From Dudresnaya verticillata (Eukaryota), in the NCBI GenBank assembly GCA_977862235.1, contig OZ374558.1, positions 1,736,001 to 1,800,000 of the forward strand: a DNA stretch of 64,000 nucleotides. Direction: 5' to 3'. Under the pieces are notes generated by a model. That model was not told where the DNA came from, did not search any database, and saw nothing but the letters and a program-made list of their open reading frames with translations. Made by a program: the position numbers and the translations under genes. Below are positions 1 to 13,170 of the stretch, in pieces (position 1 is the stretch's first letter; each line of letters begins with the position of its first letter).

Positions 1-3000
1 GGCACGAGTCGAGCATGTGACGGCAATTCGAACAAGCGGCGGCAATGGGTTTCAACATCTGCAGCAAAAGCAGAACTTCAACATCTTGATTTCCTCCGTG
101 TGCTTTCCGAGCTATACCGCAAGGCCACCAGTTCATATTCAGAGCCGATCTAGAATACAACGTAATAATCGTATTCTACTCCTTCATCACCTGCCGAAAC
201 TCTTCAGATCGAGATTGGGACTGGAACGCCCTCGATGAACCATCCGCCTGTCTACAGCACCGGCGAGGTGTTGTCAAGTTTTGAGCTGCACAGTACCACC
301 GAGGTCAAAGTCAACTGTTGCAACATAGCTTCCAAGCACATCTCCAAAGCTCTCGATGGGTTTCTACGGCTCCAACAATAGTGCGAGGACAAATGTGAGC
401 AGATCACTGCAGATATACGTCTTGAGGGATTTGGGCAGTTCCTGTACACCGGCAGCGTCACAGGCGTTGGTTCGAGCGAAACGCTCAAGCAGGTATGAGT
501 TTGATTGCGCAAGACTGTTCTGAGCTCTTCGTCACCATTTAATCATTCGCTGGGACCCATGCTGTTCGCTTCGGCGTTCATCATTTCCATATGTAGAGTG
601 CGCGTCTTGTTACCTGATTTGCTGGTCCGGATACAACAGTGACTTGCAAAGAATGCAAAGGATTACGGAGTCTTGCTCAGCTGGATGCCATCAAGCTGAG
701 AAATCTCTGTTTTCCGAGGTGATATCCCGGAGATTTGCCTGCCCCCTGACTTTGCTGCATCGTGCCCTCAGCGACGCGAGAATCGATGTCATCCTGATGC
801 CCTTAGGCAAAAATTTGCTCTTCATCATCATGCACTCGGGTCGTCGTTCTATTAGGGAATGAATCTGCTTCAAGCTGCTTGGGCAGTTCTCAAATGCGCC
901 AGATCTTGGAAGAGGGAGATTTCTCGCGCAGTGCTGAGAGTAACCCGGATGCTCGCGGCCTGCCTGCTCTTGGTGGCAACGGTGCGGAGCGATGTTTGCC
1001 CAAAAGTGAATGAAAGAAAACTGCGTGACCCTTTGGGCATCCCCACCGCAAAGAACAGTATCTGTACAAGATACTTGTGCTGCGCGAGCTCGCGCACAAT
1101 GCCACAGGCGTACTCCGCGACGTCAGCATGGACAGGGCTGAGGAAGGATCGGGCACGCCAACTAAGTTGAAGGCTGCCTCCAGAACGGGCATGAAATTGT
1201 GGACAGAGATGCCCTGCGTGGGAGAAAAGCGGCCTGACGGACAAGGTGTTCATGCGGGAAGGAGGCAGTCTGGCGAGGCTTGTACTGTGAGGAAGAATGC
1301 AGCCACACTGTTCTTCCTCGAGCAGCAGCTTCAATCCGCGGTGGTATGCCACTCTGGGCCCCCTTCGCCTTCCAATTGGAGCCCCTGAAGAACGATGCCC
1401 TTATTACCGCCGGTTACGGTTTCTGGCTAGAGTGATCGGACGCGGGATGACTCCACCGTTCGTGCATGCAGTCAATTGTATCTGCCGACATGCCTCACAC
1501 TCTTGGTCGTTATTACCTTATATCGCCTCGATGTAGCCTGCTTAGCAGGGTTGTACACGAGCTGGCACATGACACAATCGTGTGATCTGCACTCACGCTT
1601 TGCTCCGCAAGGTGGAGCTCGGGATTCCACCTTATCGAGTGTCTTCTCCGATCCATCATCTTCAGCAGGAGGCAGTGATCTCGGCCTCTTAGCTCTTGGC
1701 CTCTTAGATCTCGGCCTCTTAATAAAAACGTATGTATTCCTGTTGAGACGAGCGTTTTCCACAGGCGTACTTGAAGCATGAGTGGAAGTCAATGACGACA
1801 TTGTGCGTGGGGGTAGGGCGTGGGAGGGGGAGCGGGACGGGGGTGGAAGGGGGGTGAAAGGGGGTGAAAGGGTGGAGGTCGAAAAGCTCCGGGAGGAAAA
1901 ATGCGGTACGAAAGGGGAGGTTTGACCGGAGAATGGGAGTGGCTTTCGAAGGGCGTCGGGAAGGCTAAGAAGGACGATACGGAACGGCAACGCAAGGTTG
2001 CTTCATTTCGCAGTACCTTGATTTCTTGTGCATTGGCAGAAGCGGCGCTGGAAGATACAGCGCGATGGTAGCCAGGGGCTGTCAGTTCCACGGGAAGAGA
2101 AGAAGAGGGAAGGAGCCGAAAGAGAGATCCGTCGGGGGGCTGTTCACCTGGACGTGGATGGAAAGTGAAAGGTCCTTGCAGTCATGCAGAGAGGCCACGA
2201 GCATCCGAAGCATGAGACATTGAACCCGAGTGCTGTAAGCATGTCAGCTTACAGGTTTCCAGTGCAAAGCTTTTCTTTTGTCGAATCGCGCCAGAGCGGT
2301 TTTGGAAATGTGACACTTGAGAGCGCTGATAGGACCGCTCGAACGCAGCGCAAGGGTTTCCCCTTTGCCGGCAGACTCGGACATCGCTTCCAGTGTGGTT
2401 CGCACCCCACTACCGACGGTCGCCGGCAGCAACTTTGTTCCCTGTTTCGGTATTGAGTGACGGCCTTCGCAACTTCCGCTAGGCTTATCTTACGAGCCAC
2501 AAGTCCACGACTCAAACACAAGGTCTACTCTAGGGGAAAGGTTCGTGAACAAGTACTCTCTTTCACGGGTCTCAGCATCTTCATTGCTCTGCTTCTTCAT
2601 GGATGACCCGTTCAAGCCGTACTAACAACCACTCAACTTCATTCCCTATTGCGAAGGTGTTACAGCAGTTCCAACATGGCCGACTTCCCTGGTGTTACAA
2701 TTTGCGATCGATACAGAGTAGACGTCCCAATTTCCAACCATGTTTATCTTTCGTATGATATTGTTGGCTAATTTCGAGTTGTTCGGCAAGTATCGCGAGT
2801 CACTTTTTCGCTGCAGACTTGCGATTACTCGTAATGTGCCCTGGTCCAGTGATTGCATCACCGCTGCACGCCTCAATTTTCGTCCGTAGCCATGCACTAC
2901 GGAAATCCTATTTCTCGACGTGGGGTTTTAGGGTGCATGATGGATAACAAGACAAACTTGAGATGCTCCACCCCTCAGACTGTCGAAGGGGCGCTCTGGC

Positions 3001-3802
3001 CACCCGACCCCGCCCCAGTTCGAGCGATTAAGATATGTCAAGCGGGAGGCGGAATCGGCGCGCGTGGGCAGCAGCCGGGCTGCGAGAACGGCGACAGCCA
3101 TGTCACAGTCGTTGCGCGGGAGGCTTTTCGACAAGTAGCGTCTATGCTGCCTCGCAGGCCCGAGCATGCGTAAATCAGGATGGAACGAAAACAACACAAC
3201 ACACATACTGGATGGTATCAAGACAGCACGGGCACTACAGGCTGTTCTGGTTCAGCTGAGATCAGCTGGAGCATAGTGCAATTTTGAGGCAGATGGCCAG
3301 AATGCAAAACGCACAGGCCACAAAGGCCGTGTGTTGGAGCAACACAGTCAAGTAACAGCACATGAAGAGCAGTTGTCCCATTGTAGAGGTGGTGTCTGCG
3401 ACACGGCATTGCGGGAGTGCTTTCACAGTTGCTTTGACAGGTCCGGCACATGGGCTATCGGTAGGGAAGGATGGCGCTGCAGCGTTACAGACTCTCTGCG
3501 AGAATGCGGAACCGACGCAGCACTCAAACAGGCAGAACTCTGGGATCCATGGTGCTCAGACGCGTAGTGCGATGCATGGGGGGATATTTCGAAGATGTGG
3601 AAGGGATCGACTTGACAGGAGTGCGCGCGAGCGGCTGCGTGTAAGAGGCGACGGGCTCACCAGGACGCCCGGCAGTTCTGGAGAAGCCGGGTGCAAGTCC
3701 GGTGGTGGTTCAGGGGGATTCTCAGGTCATAGGGGATTGCTGCCGTTCGGGGTGGAGTGGGGTTACCGATCGGGGTATATGCTGGAGGAGTCGGCTCATC
3801 GC

Positions 3803-3845
3803 ATTAAATAAAAGTTGTTCTTTAAAATAAAGGTCTCCTCTCTCT
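3803..3845 (+). mobile_element. 43-bp tail-only insertion of the CRE-like non-LTR element, TSD CTCATCGC
   Basis: Ends AATAAAGGTCTCCTCTCTCT and is flanked by CTCATCGC at 3795-3802 and 3846-3853. Also present in copy 2 (~13810-13855). The empty site is seen in copy 3 (~21355-21375). Confidence 0.8.
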
Positions 3846-3934
3846 CTCATCGCGGGGGAAGGCGGGGGCCAGCAGGCCTCATTCTCATCGCCGATTGGCC
3901 GTGCCCGATTTGATCCCAGATATTTCGTACAGAG

Positions 3935-3952
3935 AGAGAGAGACCTTTATTG
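3935..3952 (-). mobile_element. 18-bp tail-only insertion of the CRE-like element, TSD TCGTACAGAG
   Basis: Minus strand reads CAATAAAGGTCTCTCTCT. 10-bp direct repeats lie at 3925-3934 and 3953-3962. The empty site is at ~13721-13740 in the inverted copy. Confidence 0.8.
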
Positions 3953-4514
3953 TCGTACAGAGCGCAGAGCGATGCTGAGCGGTAATCGCACCTGCCACCT
4001 CCGTCCCGGCCGTGATCCCTCCTCAGCCCACAAGTCGCAGTACCGCCAAGCCGCCTTCGTCAACTTCGTGTTCTCGTCCGAGTCGCGCAAGCGCTCACCA
4101 CTGCCGTGATCTACACAGTAGCCTCGTGGCCTCTCTTCGCCGGTCGCAGCCTTCCCAACTGGCGGAGCGCCTGAAGCCCTGCCCGTGCTCTGGTGAAATT
4201 GACGTCTCCTCGGTGTCTACGCCACTGGCTCAACCGCCTTCTCGCTGTGTGGCCCTCTACCTCCCCATCTACACCCCTACTTTCTCAATTCTACGAGCTT
4301 TCCAGACCGCGGCAAAAAGAGCACGTGCTCTTGGATCGTGCGATAAGCACTAGTAGTAGTACACTTTATTCAAAGAAGAAAGCTGGAGTCCTTTTGGGGG
4401 CTTAATTTCTGCCATAACGTGCACTGCAGTCAACGACCTTGCGGATATTGACCGCCACCGCTACGTATTGTAGAACAACAGTGGTCAACAGAGCGTGCTC
4501 ATCTCCTTTATGCA

Positions 4515-4839
4515 GTAGAAAATGGAAACGGATCCGTTCTACTTCCGTTTATCTGCGTTGAACAATTATACACATATAGTAAACACGGCCTTCACAGTTC
4601 GACGAAGCGTGCAATTAGAGCTGTACGCATTGGTCGTGATGCGCAAAGCAATGAAAGCCCGGTTTGTGCAGGTTCTGTTACAGTCGCTCGATGCAACCAG
4701 CCAGCGGACGTAGAAATGTAATCGGACATGGCGATTAACGGTGCGCCGTCAGCTGCTGGCGTCTTCAGCTGCGTCTTCAGCTCTGCCATCAGCTGCACCA
4801 TTAGCTGCGCCGTCAGCTGTTCCATCAGCTGCGCCGTCA
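4515..4839 (+). repeat. Dispersed repeat family E (partial) with 12-bp CAGCTG-core subrepeats
   Basis: Matches 20710-21060 and the reverse complements of 30200-30525 and 38860-39190. Contains a GTCAGCTGCGCC-type 12-mer array. Confidence 0.85.
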
Positions 4840-6347
4840 TTTGCTAACTTTCAAACATAGATACTGGATATCACAATACGATTTACTAATAATTCCATGC
4901 CCGATTGAGCCGACCACGCGATAGGGCTCCAATTTCCAAAGGCCAAACATACAAAACCCGCAGGTGGTGGACGATCTGAGCGAAACAAGGCACGCAACTG
5001 CATGACGAACTGGCGACGTTGCCACCTCCGGAGCTCTACGCCCACTACGTTCTACGGTTGCGCGAGGATGGCCCCAACCGGATGAATAGCGATACGCCTC
5101 GAAAGTTGCTCTACATAGAAATCTTCTAGGATCTAGACCACCTCTGAACCAAAGCGGAGAGTCATATGCAGAAACGCGCTCCAGGTTGCAGATCGCGCAG
5201 ATCCCGCACTCGGCCATGAGAGTGGAATCTTAAGTATGGAACAACGTGTGAACGCATGACGGCGACGGCGATGATATATTGAGAATCGAACGGATCTCGT
5301 TTTCCGCTTGTGGCACAGTGCTCTCCGTAATGTTGCAGCGAAGAATGTGCTGCCGGATATCTTTCGAAAACGGAGTAGTTTTGTGGACCTTTCCGGCAGC
5401 GTCACAATTTCCGAAGACACGGCCAAAAGTAAATCAGAAATTCGCCTTGTACCCTGTTCTAGCACATCATGTACGTTTAGGGACGGTGCAGTGCCGCAAG
5501 CTGGAAACATGACGAGCGGCGCATTGCGTGAGGGAACATTGAGCGATGTGAGCATTGTCGGGACGTGCGAGATGAGACGAGCCTCGCATGACCGCGCCGC
5601 CAGTACACCCGCACTTCAATGGGATGCTTTCCTGAGAGATGGAAGCTTTGTCATCCTTATCGCGTTGAAGGCCCACAGTGGCATTCACATGCAGTCCAGT
5701 TTTCAACCTGTGTAATAGGCACTGTCAGGTCGTTCCCGGAGCAAGGAGCCACCATGAAGATGGCACAGTGCGTGCGAACGTCGCCTTGCATGATTCTAAC
5801 CACCCATAGTTCGTGAAAGAGTACGAGCGTGGCAACTTGTACAAAGAGGGGCGTTGGATCTTCGCCAAGCTGGTGGCGAATCAAAAACTATGCTTTGACG
5901 CTACCGCAGAGCCTCAAGAATACCCTTAGGTATGTTCTTCTGTTGCACGTTGTATTCCAAACGTACCAAAAACCGAACACTGTCGTCCGAATTATCCGTG
6001 ATAGGAAATCCCGGTGACCTGGAAGTGAGCAGGTTAGTTAACAGAGCTGAGGATCGAGCAGGTTGAAATGTGTTTCGCTCACGCTCAAAGAAGAGCAGCA
6101 GAACCAGCGTTCAAAGACCGGTTTTGTCCGGGAAGCGGCAGCGGTTCTGGCGGCGTGACCGATACTACTGGACGTCCCCTCTTCTATCGCTATAGAGGGG
6201 CGGTTGTATTACCCACTACATATATGTTGACGTTGCGCACCGAAAACCCAAACATCCTCATCATTACAACCCCATAGCAGTACAGAGCTTCACAAGAGCC
6301 AACGAAACAGAACAGGGCGAATCTGCTGTCGAACAATCAAGCAGGCA

Positions 6348-6553
6348 TCCCCTTAATCGCAAGATTCCCAGTAAGTCCCTTAAGGGGACTTAATACGTAC
6401 TGGTACTAACGCGGTGGTCAACAAGCTTGTATAGCAGCTTGCGCCTGTGAACAGAAACCGCGACGCACTGTAATAATAAATAGTTAAGCCAGGTGGGAAG
6501 GGAGACCTTCTCGCTAGATGGGGACGTGCCTTTTTTCTCACCGAGGAAGGAAG
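6348..6553. mobile_element. 206-bp insertion in the array-unit relic, possible 4-bp TSD GGCA
   Basis: Absent from the array units (AAGAACGGCACCTACTTC) and from the 28.4-30.2 kb copy. GGCA occurs at 6344-6347 and 6554-6557. Confidence 0.55.
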
Positions 6554-7211
6554 GGCACCTACTTCGAGTTCCATTCCTTCTATCTATATCAACCGAGCCT
6601 CACTAGTCGACGTTAAGGCATTGGTAACATTTGTTTTTCTCATTGCACTCCACATATTAATGACGCCAGGTTGTATGACTTCTACCTTTGCTCCCATGAA
6701 GGCATAAAGGGGACAAGCAGACCGGTCAAGTTCACAGTTCGGACAACGGTCTATTACAGTTAGAATTAGACTTTCTGCATCGTTTTTTCCTCCTGAATTC
6801 TGTAGCAGAGTTTTTGGAAATCGTGGAAATGGGCGTGCTCCTCCGAACGCGCTGAAGATCTCTACAAAACCTAAATCTCTACTAAATATCAACGTAAATT
6901 GGTTGATCAAGCTGCAAAAGAGTCCACTCTTCCGCTGCTGAAACACCCTCGACCACTGATGGCCTTCCTACTGCTACTGCCATGACGGACACAAAAGAAT
7001 AAAGCGGTGCTACAGAAGTGAGTGCGTTGGCTCACAGCCCCGCGCTACTGACGTCAACAGATTAGTCTATTCTCAAGATATCTACAATTTCCCGTGGGGA
7101 ATTCGGCCGTGGATGCCGAAGCACATACACCGAAAGCTTTGGTTGAGTACATTCTAATATCACTACGCTCTGCACAACTTTGGTAACGTAACCAAGGCGA
7201 TGAAGCACACA

Positions 7212-9624
7212 ATACATCACCAACCCAATCCTCGCCAACCCACGCTACCACGAGTCCGTACGTTGGAAGTACAATGTCACCCTCAAGGCGTTCGCGGACA
7301 GTCTAGAAGAAATACACGACCCATTGGAAGCTCAGAAGGCCTTCGACAAGTTACCGGATCTCTTCATCCAGCCGTGGCTGCAAGCGGTTCCCCCACCCCG
7401 CCGCCCTGGCCAGGCTTATCTCCCACCTGAACTCCAAAAGATGCGCGCCAAACGCCAACGTGCGCACCGAGCTATGAAGAACTCCAATAGTGAACACCAC
7501 CGCCATGCGGCTGAAAAGGCTTACCGCAAACTGCAACGGACTGTACGGTCCAAGGTGAGAGCCTTGAAACGCCAGCAACACCTCGCATCCGACAACGAGC
7601 TTCTCCAAAGGCCCCACTCCGAACTAGCGCAGGCCATCAGAGTCCAGAGAAAAAAGAGAGCCAAGCGCATCCAGATATTGAACTCCGGAGGTCCGAAACT
7701 ACAGCCAGCAGCGTTTACACGACATATGGCCTCACAACAGGGTGGTGCGACCGCACCACAACCTGCATGTTCTTTCTGCCGTCCACATTCAAGAACTCTA
7801 TAAGAAGGGCTATCCTGTCGTCTAAGAGTGGGAAAGCAGTTGGTCCCGACGCCGTGCACGCTGAAATGCTCAAACTGTGCCCTACCCTCGCGGCAGATGT
7901 GCTCTTCGCCGTCTGGAAACTCTGCGGTGACTTGGGAATCTTCCCTCGCAGCTGGAAGAATGGCTTGCTGGTTCCAGTCCACAAGGCCGGCCCCTATGAT
8001 GTACTATCCAACTACCGACCGATTTGCATGCTCTCGCACTTACGAAAAACAATCGAACGAGCGCTCGCGTTTCAGCTGGAGGCAATCTTTAAGCCGCACA
8101 AGATGCAACTAGGCTTTCAGAGGTGTCTCCGTGCGGAGATGGCAGTCGTACACACACTATTTACAAGCTGCCAAGGGGAAGATTACAGAGCAGTACTAGA
8201 CCTAAAACGGGCCTACGACCGAGTGGACAGACACAAACTCATCAACATTTGTGAAGAAAGACTCCCCCCACACCTTACTGCAATGATCCGCAGCACCCTT
8301 GTAACTCTGAATGTGCGGACTGCAGGCGATGCCACACCGTGCCAGGCTGTAATACAACGCGGTGTGGTGCAAGGATCCCCCCTCAGCCCAATCCTTTTTA
8401 ATATCTTCATCGACTCGCTAGCGTACGAACTTTGTGAAGCTCTCCACCGCAGTGACCAAGACCCACCTGGCCGGTTGTTTGCGGATGACTGCCTGATACA
8501 AGCCTCGTGTCCCCACTCCCTACGCCTAGCCCTACAGGTCTGCGATCAATGGGCTGCCAAGCACGGAATGACCTGGTCCCCCGCCAAGTGCACGGCCATA
8601 CTCCCAACACGTCACAGAACAAGACCCAGCACAGCAGCGTTCAGCACCGCGGGTGCACCAATCCCTGTCCCGGAGCACCGTCCGGTACCTTGGTGTTGAA
8701 ATTAACATCAACGGGGTCGGGGCCGCTACAGTACTCGCGCGCATCTCAGCTGCCAAAAGGGCCATCGGCGCACTGCAATCCTTGGGCTCACTCTCCTCTA
8801 CAATGCCCGCCGCCTCCGCGATATATTTGTACAACGCGTTCGTCAGACCGGTCTACGAATATGGCCTAGCCCTGGTCAACATAACGAGGGAATTGGAAAC
8901 CGCTCTCGACTCCCTGGACTCCCAGTTCCTCCGTATCTGCATAGGGCAGAAATCACAACGCGTGTCTGCTCCCCGGCTGCGGAAACTACGCGCCCTCTAC
9001 CGCATGGAGCCCCCGAAGGTCCGCCATTCATACCTACAACATCAGCTCATCCAAAGCCTCCGAAGGACCGAACGATGAAAAGACACAACCGCATCGTGGC
9101 ACGCAGGCCATACGCTACAGGCCCTCACAAAATTCCCGAGCGTCTCGCTCTGTAGCGCAGCCCAGAGTCCTCCGCCCCCATCCCAGCGCCAGGCACACCT
9201 GTCCGAGCTGCATCGCGCGTGGAGCGATGCACTCAGCACCAGGAGACCCGCGCCAGTCTACCCATCCCACCGCTTCCCACCAGCACTACTCCTTTGGGAC
9301 CACCAAGATCGGAAACTGGCAGTTCGGTGGCACCTCGGCACGTTCCCGATACCCCCCAAATGCCCCTCCAAGCGCGCTGCCCTCCGTCAACCCGCTGCCA
9401 CTCTACAAAAGCTCGCACTACGCGACCCCACCCCTCAAGATCTCCAAGAAATAACGGAAGCCATCCACCTGATCCGAGCGGCCTGCCAAGAAGAATTCCC
9501 TCTCCCCCTCCCGCAGGAGCACTCCACATCGCCTGAATAGACCATAGCCCGAAAGTGTGCCTGCAAATGGGCCATAGCCGCCCGCGCAGGACCACTCTAA
9601 ACAAAATACCAATAAATCAAACTT
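7212..9624 (+). mobile_element. 5'-truncated non-LTR (LINE) retrotransposon
   Basis: Interrupts the array-unit sequence GATGAAGCACACATCTCGGG with TSD CACACA (7206-7211, 9625-9630). AATAAA lies at 9611 just before the 3' end, and an RT is encoded inside. Confidence 0.92.
7324..9078 (+). pseudogene. Non-LTR reverse transcriptase, frameshifted (~7770, ~8680)
   Basis: Motifs KAVGPDAV, NYRPICML, QLGF, LDLKRAYDRV, GVVQGSPLSPILFNIFID, LFADD and RYLGV across ORFs 7767..8699 and 8653..9078. Confidence 0.93.
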
Positions 9625-10555
9625 CACACATCTCGGGTTCTCTACGTGCCGTTTCGTCACTTCTTCGGTGTCACAAGATGGAACCGGCAAAACATCTTTG
9701 CAGTGTTGTGGAGTGAGCGTCTAGCTACCAAACTGCCGTGTATGGAGGACTACTCTGTGTTGACTGTGACGCCTTAAATTTGCACGCGGTTGGTTCCCAA
9801 GGAATGCCGCACTCTGGCATCAGCACACTCTACAGCTCGAGATCCGGGGCCCTTATGCGAGGCGAGTGGTTCATACTGTTATACTCTCACGCTGCCCTTA
9901 GCTTATGAGTGAGGCCTTCCGTGATCATTCAAGACTCACATGGTCTCAATTTTTGTAGCGCGTTAATGCATTGTTCATGTGGACAGTTTTCAAATGGATA
10001 TTGTTCACATGGAAATCAGGGCAGGGCTTCTACCAGCCAAATACACCGCTAATATTGGAACCCCATTGTTCCACCTCTTTCAAGATTGCATAGTCTTATC
10101 CATCTCATCGACCTCAGCGACCTGAAGAAATTAAATATTGTGTTGCATCGATTAGAGGTCCTCGTTTCAATTTCATTTTAATTCGTGACCCGCTCTGTGC
10201 ACACCCACATACGTCACGATATTGCTAACTTTCAAACATAGATACTGGATATCACAATACGATTTACTAATAATTCCATGCCCGATTGAGCCGACCACGC
10301 GCCTGGGCTCCAATTTCCAAAGGCCAAACATACAAAACCAGCAGCTGGCGGACGATCTGAGCTAAACAAGGCACGCAACTGCATGACGAACTGGCGACGT
10401 TGCCACCTCCGGAGCTCTACGCCCACTACGTTCTACGGTTGCGCGAGGATGGCCCCAGCCGGATGAATAGCGATACGCCTCGAAAGTTGCTCTACATAGA
10501 AATCTTCTAGGATCTAGACCACCTCTGAACCAAAGCGGAGAGTCAAATGCATAAA

Positions 10556-12288
10556 GCGCCGCAAGGTTTTGCAGTTCTAGTGAAGTGGCGACGGATTCCA
10601 GCAACCATTTCGTCGCTGCTAGGTCTCTGGGATTCCAGGTTCTGCTCAGTGTGTCGGGGTGCTTGTTGAGTGCCGACGGTAACCAACTGGCCCGGATTGT
10701 CACCTTCATCGTGATCAGGACTGGGTGTAGACGACGGAGCTCCTGCATCAGCTCTTTGCTCGCTGACACCGTATGGGATAGGATATGGAAAACTCCCATA
10801 TTGTCTACGTGCAAGAGGAGGATCGAGTGATCCCCAGAGAGACGTGCCTGAATCAGAGAGTCCTCCAACGCCAGCCGGACTGCAACTAGTTCGCGGAGGG
10901 TGATGGACCGTAGGCGCAAAAAAGGTGACCACGTACCTTGCACGGAGCGTTCGCCGGGTGCACCGGCCTCCATGTCTCGACCCAAGTTGCCTCCATATCC
11001 AACGTCTGCGGCATCTGTATGGAGGCACCACGATGGCTGTCCACCGCTAATGAGTCGCCCATCGCCCTGCAGCATAGTCTTCCACGTTTGGAGGTCAATC
11101 ATCCCGGCGTGTGATAACTTGACGGTCTTCTCAGGGTATCTGCCTCGCCGCGAGGCATCCCCTTCGAGAGCGTCGTACAGACGTCTTGTAAAAACCGGGC
11201 TAAGGGAAGAGGAATCATCTGGGAGACCGCGCGACCGCAGAAGCTTGATAAGAGAGACTCCCGTACCCAGCGACTGCGCTGACGGGCCGTACGCAAAAGG
11301 GCAGAAGCCATCTCGTATAGCGTTTCCAGTTTCGAAGGCGTCACGAAGTATCGTAACTGTACGGTATCTATGATGAGGCCCAGGTGCTCAAGTTTTGTAG
11401 ACCCTTTTCCCCAGATGCCTTTGTCCGGGTGCCGTACCAAACCGAGGGATCCAAAAAGTACGTTCAAATCCCTGGAAACTTGGCGACACTCCTTTGCGGT
11501 ACTGGGTCTGCTTCCATCCCCAGGAGCCAAAAGATAAGCGTCTAGCCAGACAAGCACTCACAGGCCCAAGGAGCGCCGTAGGTAGCGAGTGAGAGGGCTG
11601 AGAACTTTGACGAACCAGAATGGCGAAGCGGTCCATCGAAACGGCAAGGCTATACAGCGGTAGTGTTTGCCATCGTAGCGGAAAAGGAACCAATCCCACA
11701 TGCGCGAGTGGAGGGCTATATGCCGATAACCACAGGACCAGTCGAAGGACAAAAAACGGCCCCCTTTGCACAGACAGGCTCCAAAGGCTGAAAGGGTTTC
11801 CATCTTGACCGATTTCTTGTCCCAGTGCTCGCTCTGTTCCTTTAGGTTTATTATAAACCTTGGTTTGCCGTTCTACCATGTCAAAAATGCACTTTAGACG
11901 AATGCCCAGCGACGGACACAACTTTGTGCATATTCGGCACTGACCGGCTGGTAAGTACCAACACAGCAACCCTCTGCCAGCTCCTTTCTCGCAAACGAAC
12001 GGTCTTCCGATGGCTGGGGGATCTCGGGAAGAATCCGCCCATGCAACAATGGTCGCTGAGGAGGGTCCCACACTCCGAACTGTAGAATTGGGATGACGAA
12101 GGGGGTCGCGCCGATCCGTTCCCAGTTCTGCGCATTGCGTCGTGTGCCGGCCCATCGAGCTCGGCGCCTGGTGGACGGCATGGAGTGGTGATCGAGGACT
12201 ATTTCTCCTTTGTGCCTGGCTTTTTGCTACCGTTAGTAGCATCCTTAGCCAGACACTTAGCAGTTTCGATGATATATTTGGCAGAAAT
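10556..12288 (-). mobile_element. Partial DIRS-type retrotransposon (end of gag, RT, RNase H), decayed
   Basis: KPRFIINLKEQ, SFDWSCGYRH, LPFRWTASP, WLDA, HTDAA, LRELVAV, HVDN and WLPSALN motifs. Homologous to 24780-26500, with in-frame stops, truncated at both ends. Confidence 0.9.
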
Positions 12289-12860
12289 TGTGGTGCAAGG
12301 GGAGGTGAGCCCTTTTTCGCTGAAAGCGGGCAGACCAAATACGTCGACCGACGGAGAAACCGCCACCGGCGCTCACCACCGCCGTTGGCGCGCGAACACG
12401 TCATCGACGGCTCACTGGGGCGCGCGCGCACACTGCGCACCGCCCGCCACGCGGGCACTGTACGGTGATGGCCCGACGTGGTGCCCCGGGACACTGTAAT
12501 ACGGATCCAGATGGGATCCGGATCCGGTATCCAGATTGGCTATCCGGATCGCCTAAGCTGTAAGATTCGCGCCTGTAAGGCTGCGGGTATTCGCATTGCT
12601 GGCCCGATCCGGATGGGATCGGGATCGGACAAGTATCGGATTAGATCTAAAGCGCACGCTCTACAGTGCGCGCGCACGCACGGCTAAGGTCCACGCGTCC
12701 ACGTGTGTGTGTAAGCACCCATACAGGGGTTTGCACGGCAACCTGTCAGGCGCGCGGCAGCATGCAATCGGTGATCTGTCAGACGCGTCTCGGGACGACA
12801 CGTGTCCCGAGTTCCCGCGCTACGCACACGCACCGTAAAAACCCCTAAAGCATCACCACA
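12289..12860 (+). mobile_element. Solo or internally deleted LTR related to the 42190-43061 LTR
   Basis: Starts TGTGGTGCAAGGGGAGG like 42190 and ends CACCACA. Shares CCGCCGTTGGCGCGCGAACACGTCAT and GGATCC-rich blocks. Confidence 0.75.
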
Positions 12861-13170
12861 GAAAGCACAGCTACAAACCCTATAACGGGCCAGTTGACAA
12901 AAGGGCCCCCGGGTCTGCAGAGATTAATAAGATTGCGGGCTAGTAGCTGGCGGTGTATTGCGTTTCGTGGCGCAGGTCCAGATTGTTGATAACGGCGAGA
13001 GGTAGTGTCCTCTTCAGGAATCCTTTACTTATCATTCCTGTTCCGAATGCCTGCCATACTGTCTGGATTTTGAAGGTTACGAAGCGATAGAATTTCTTCC
13101 CACTGTCGTCGTATGTTGTGAGTGAATCACTGATAGCATCTTAGTTGATAAAGTGCGTTTGCGTTTATGT

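Larger units (their letters stand above)
1990..4514 (+). repeat. Dispersed repeat family A, copy 1 (left arm of a ~2.5-kb inverted pair)
   Basis: Reverse complement of 13171-15860. Mirrored ORF translations are identical or nearly so (2184..2456+ = 15212..15484-; 4012..4353+ ~ 13332..13673-). The inner boundary ...CTCCTTTATGCA at 4514 matches TGCATAAAGGAG at 13171. Confidence 0.9.
4840..10555 (+). repeat. Older diverged head-to-tail relic (just over one unit) of the 2.68-kb array unit, interrupted by a LINE and a 206-bp insert
   Basis: Colinear with the array unit from TTGCTAACTTTCAAACATAG (4841) around to the same motif at 10222 and on to ~10555. Confidence 0.9.

Noticed and set aside
1..1800. 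Protein-coding gene
   Set aside because: Only short broken frames with no recognisable motif; possibly a decayed element but unassignable
10362..11102. 246-aa ORF as an intact gene
   Set aside because: Chimeric read-through from DIRS RNase H into the array-unit relic at ~10555
12284..12865. GAAAT/GAAAG as the TSD of the solo LTR
   Set aside because: One mismatch in five, and the DIRS sequence does not resume after 12860, so the flanks are not one original site
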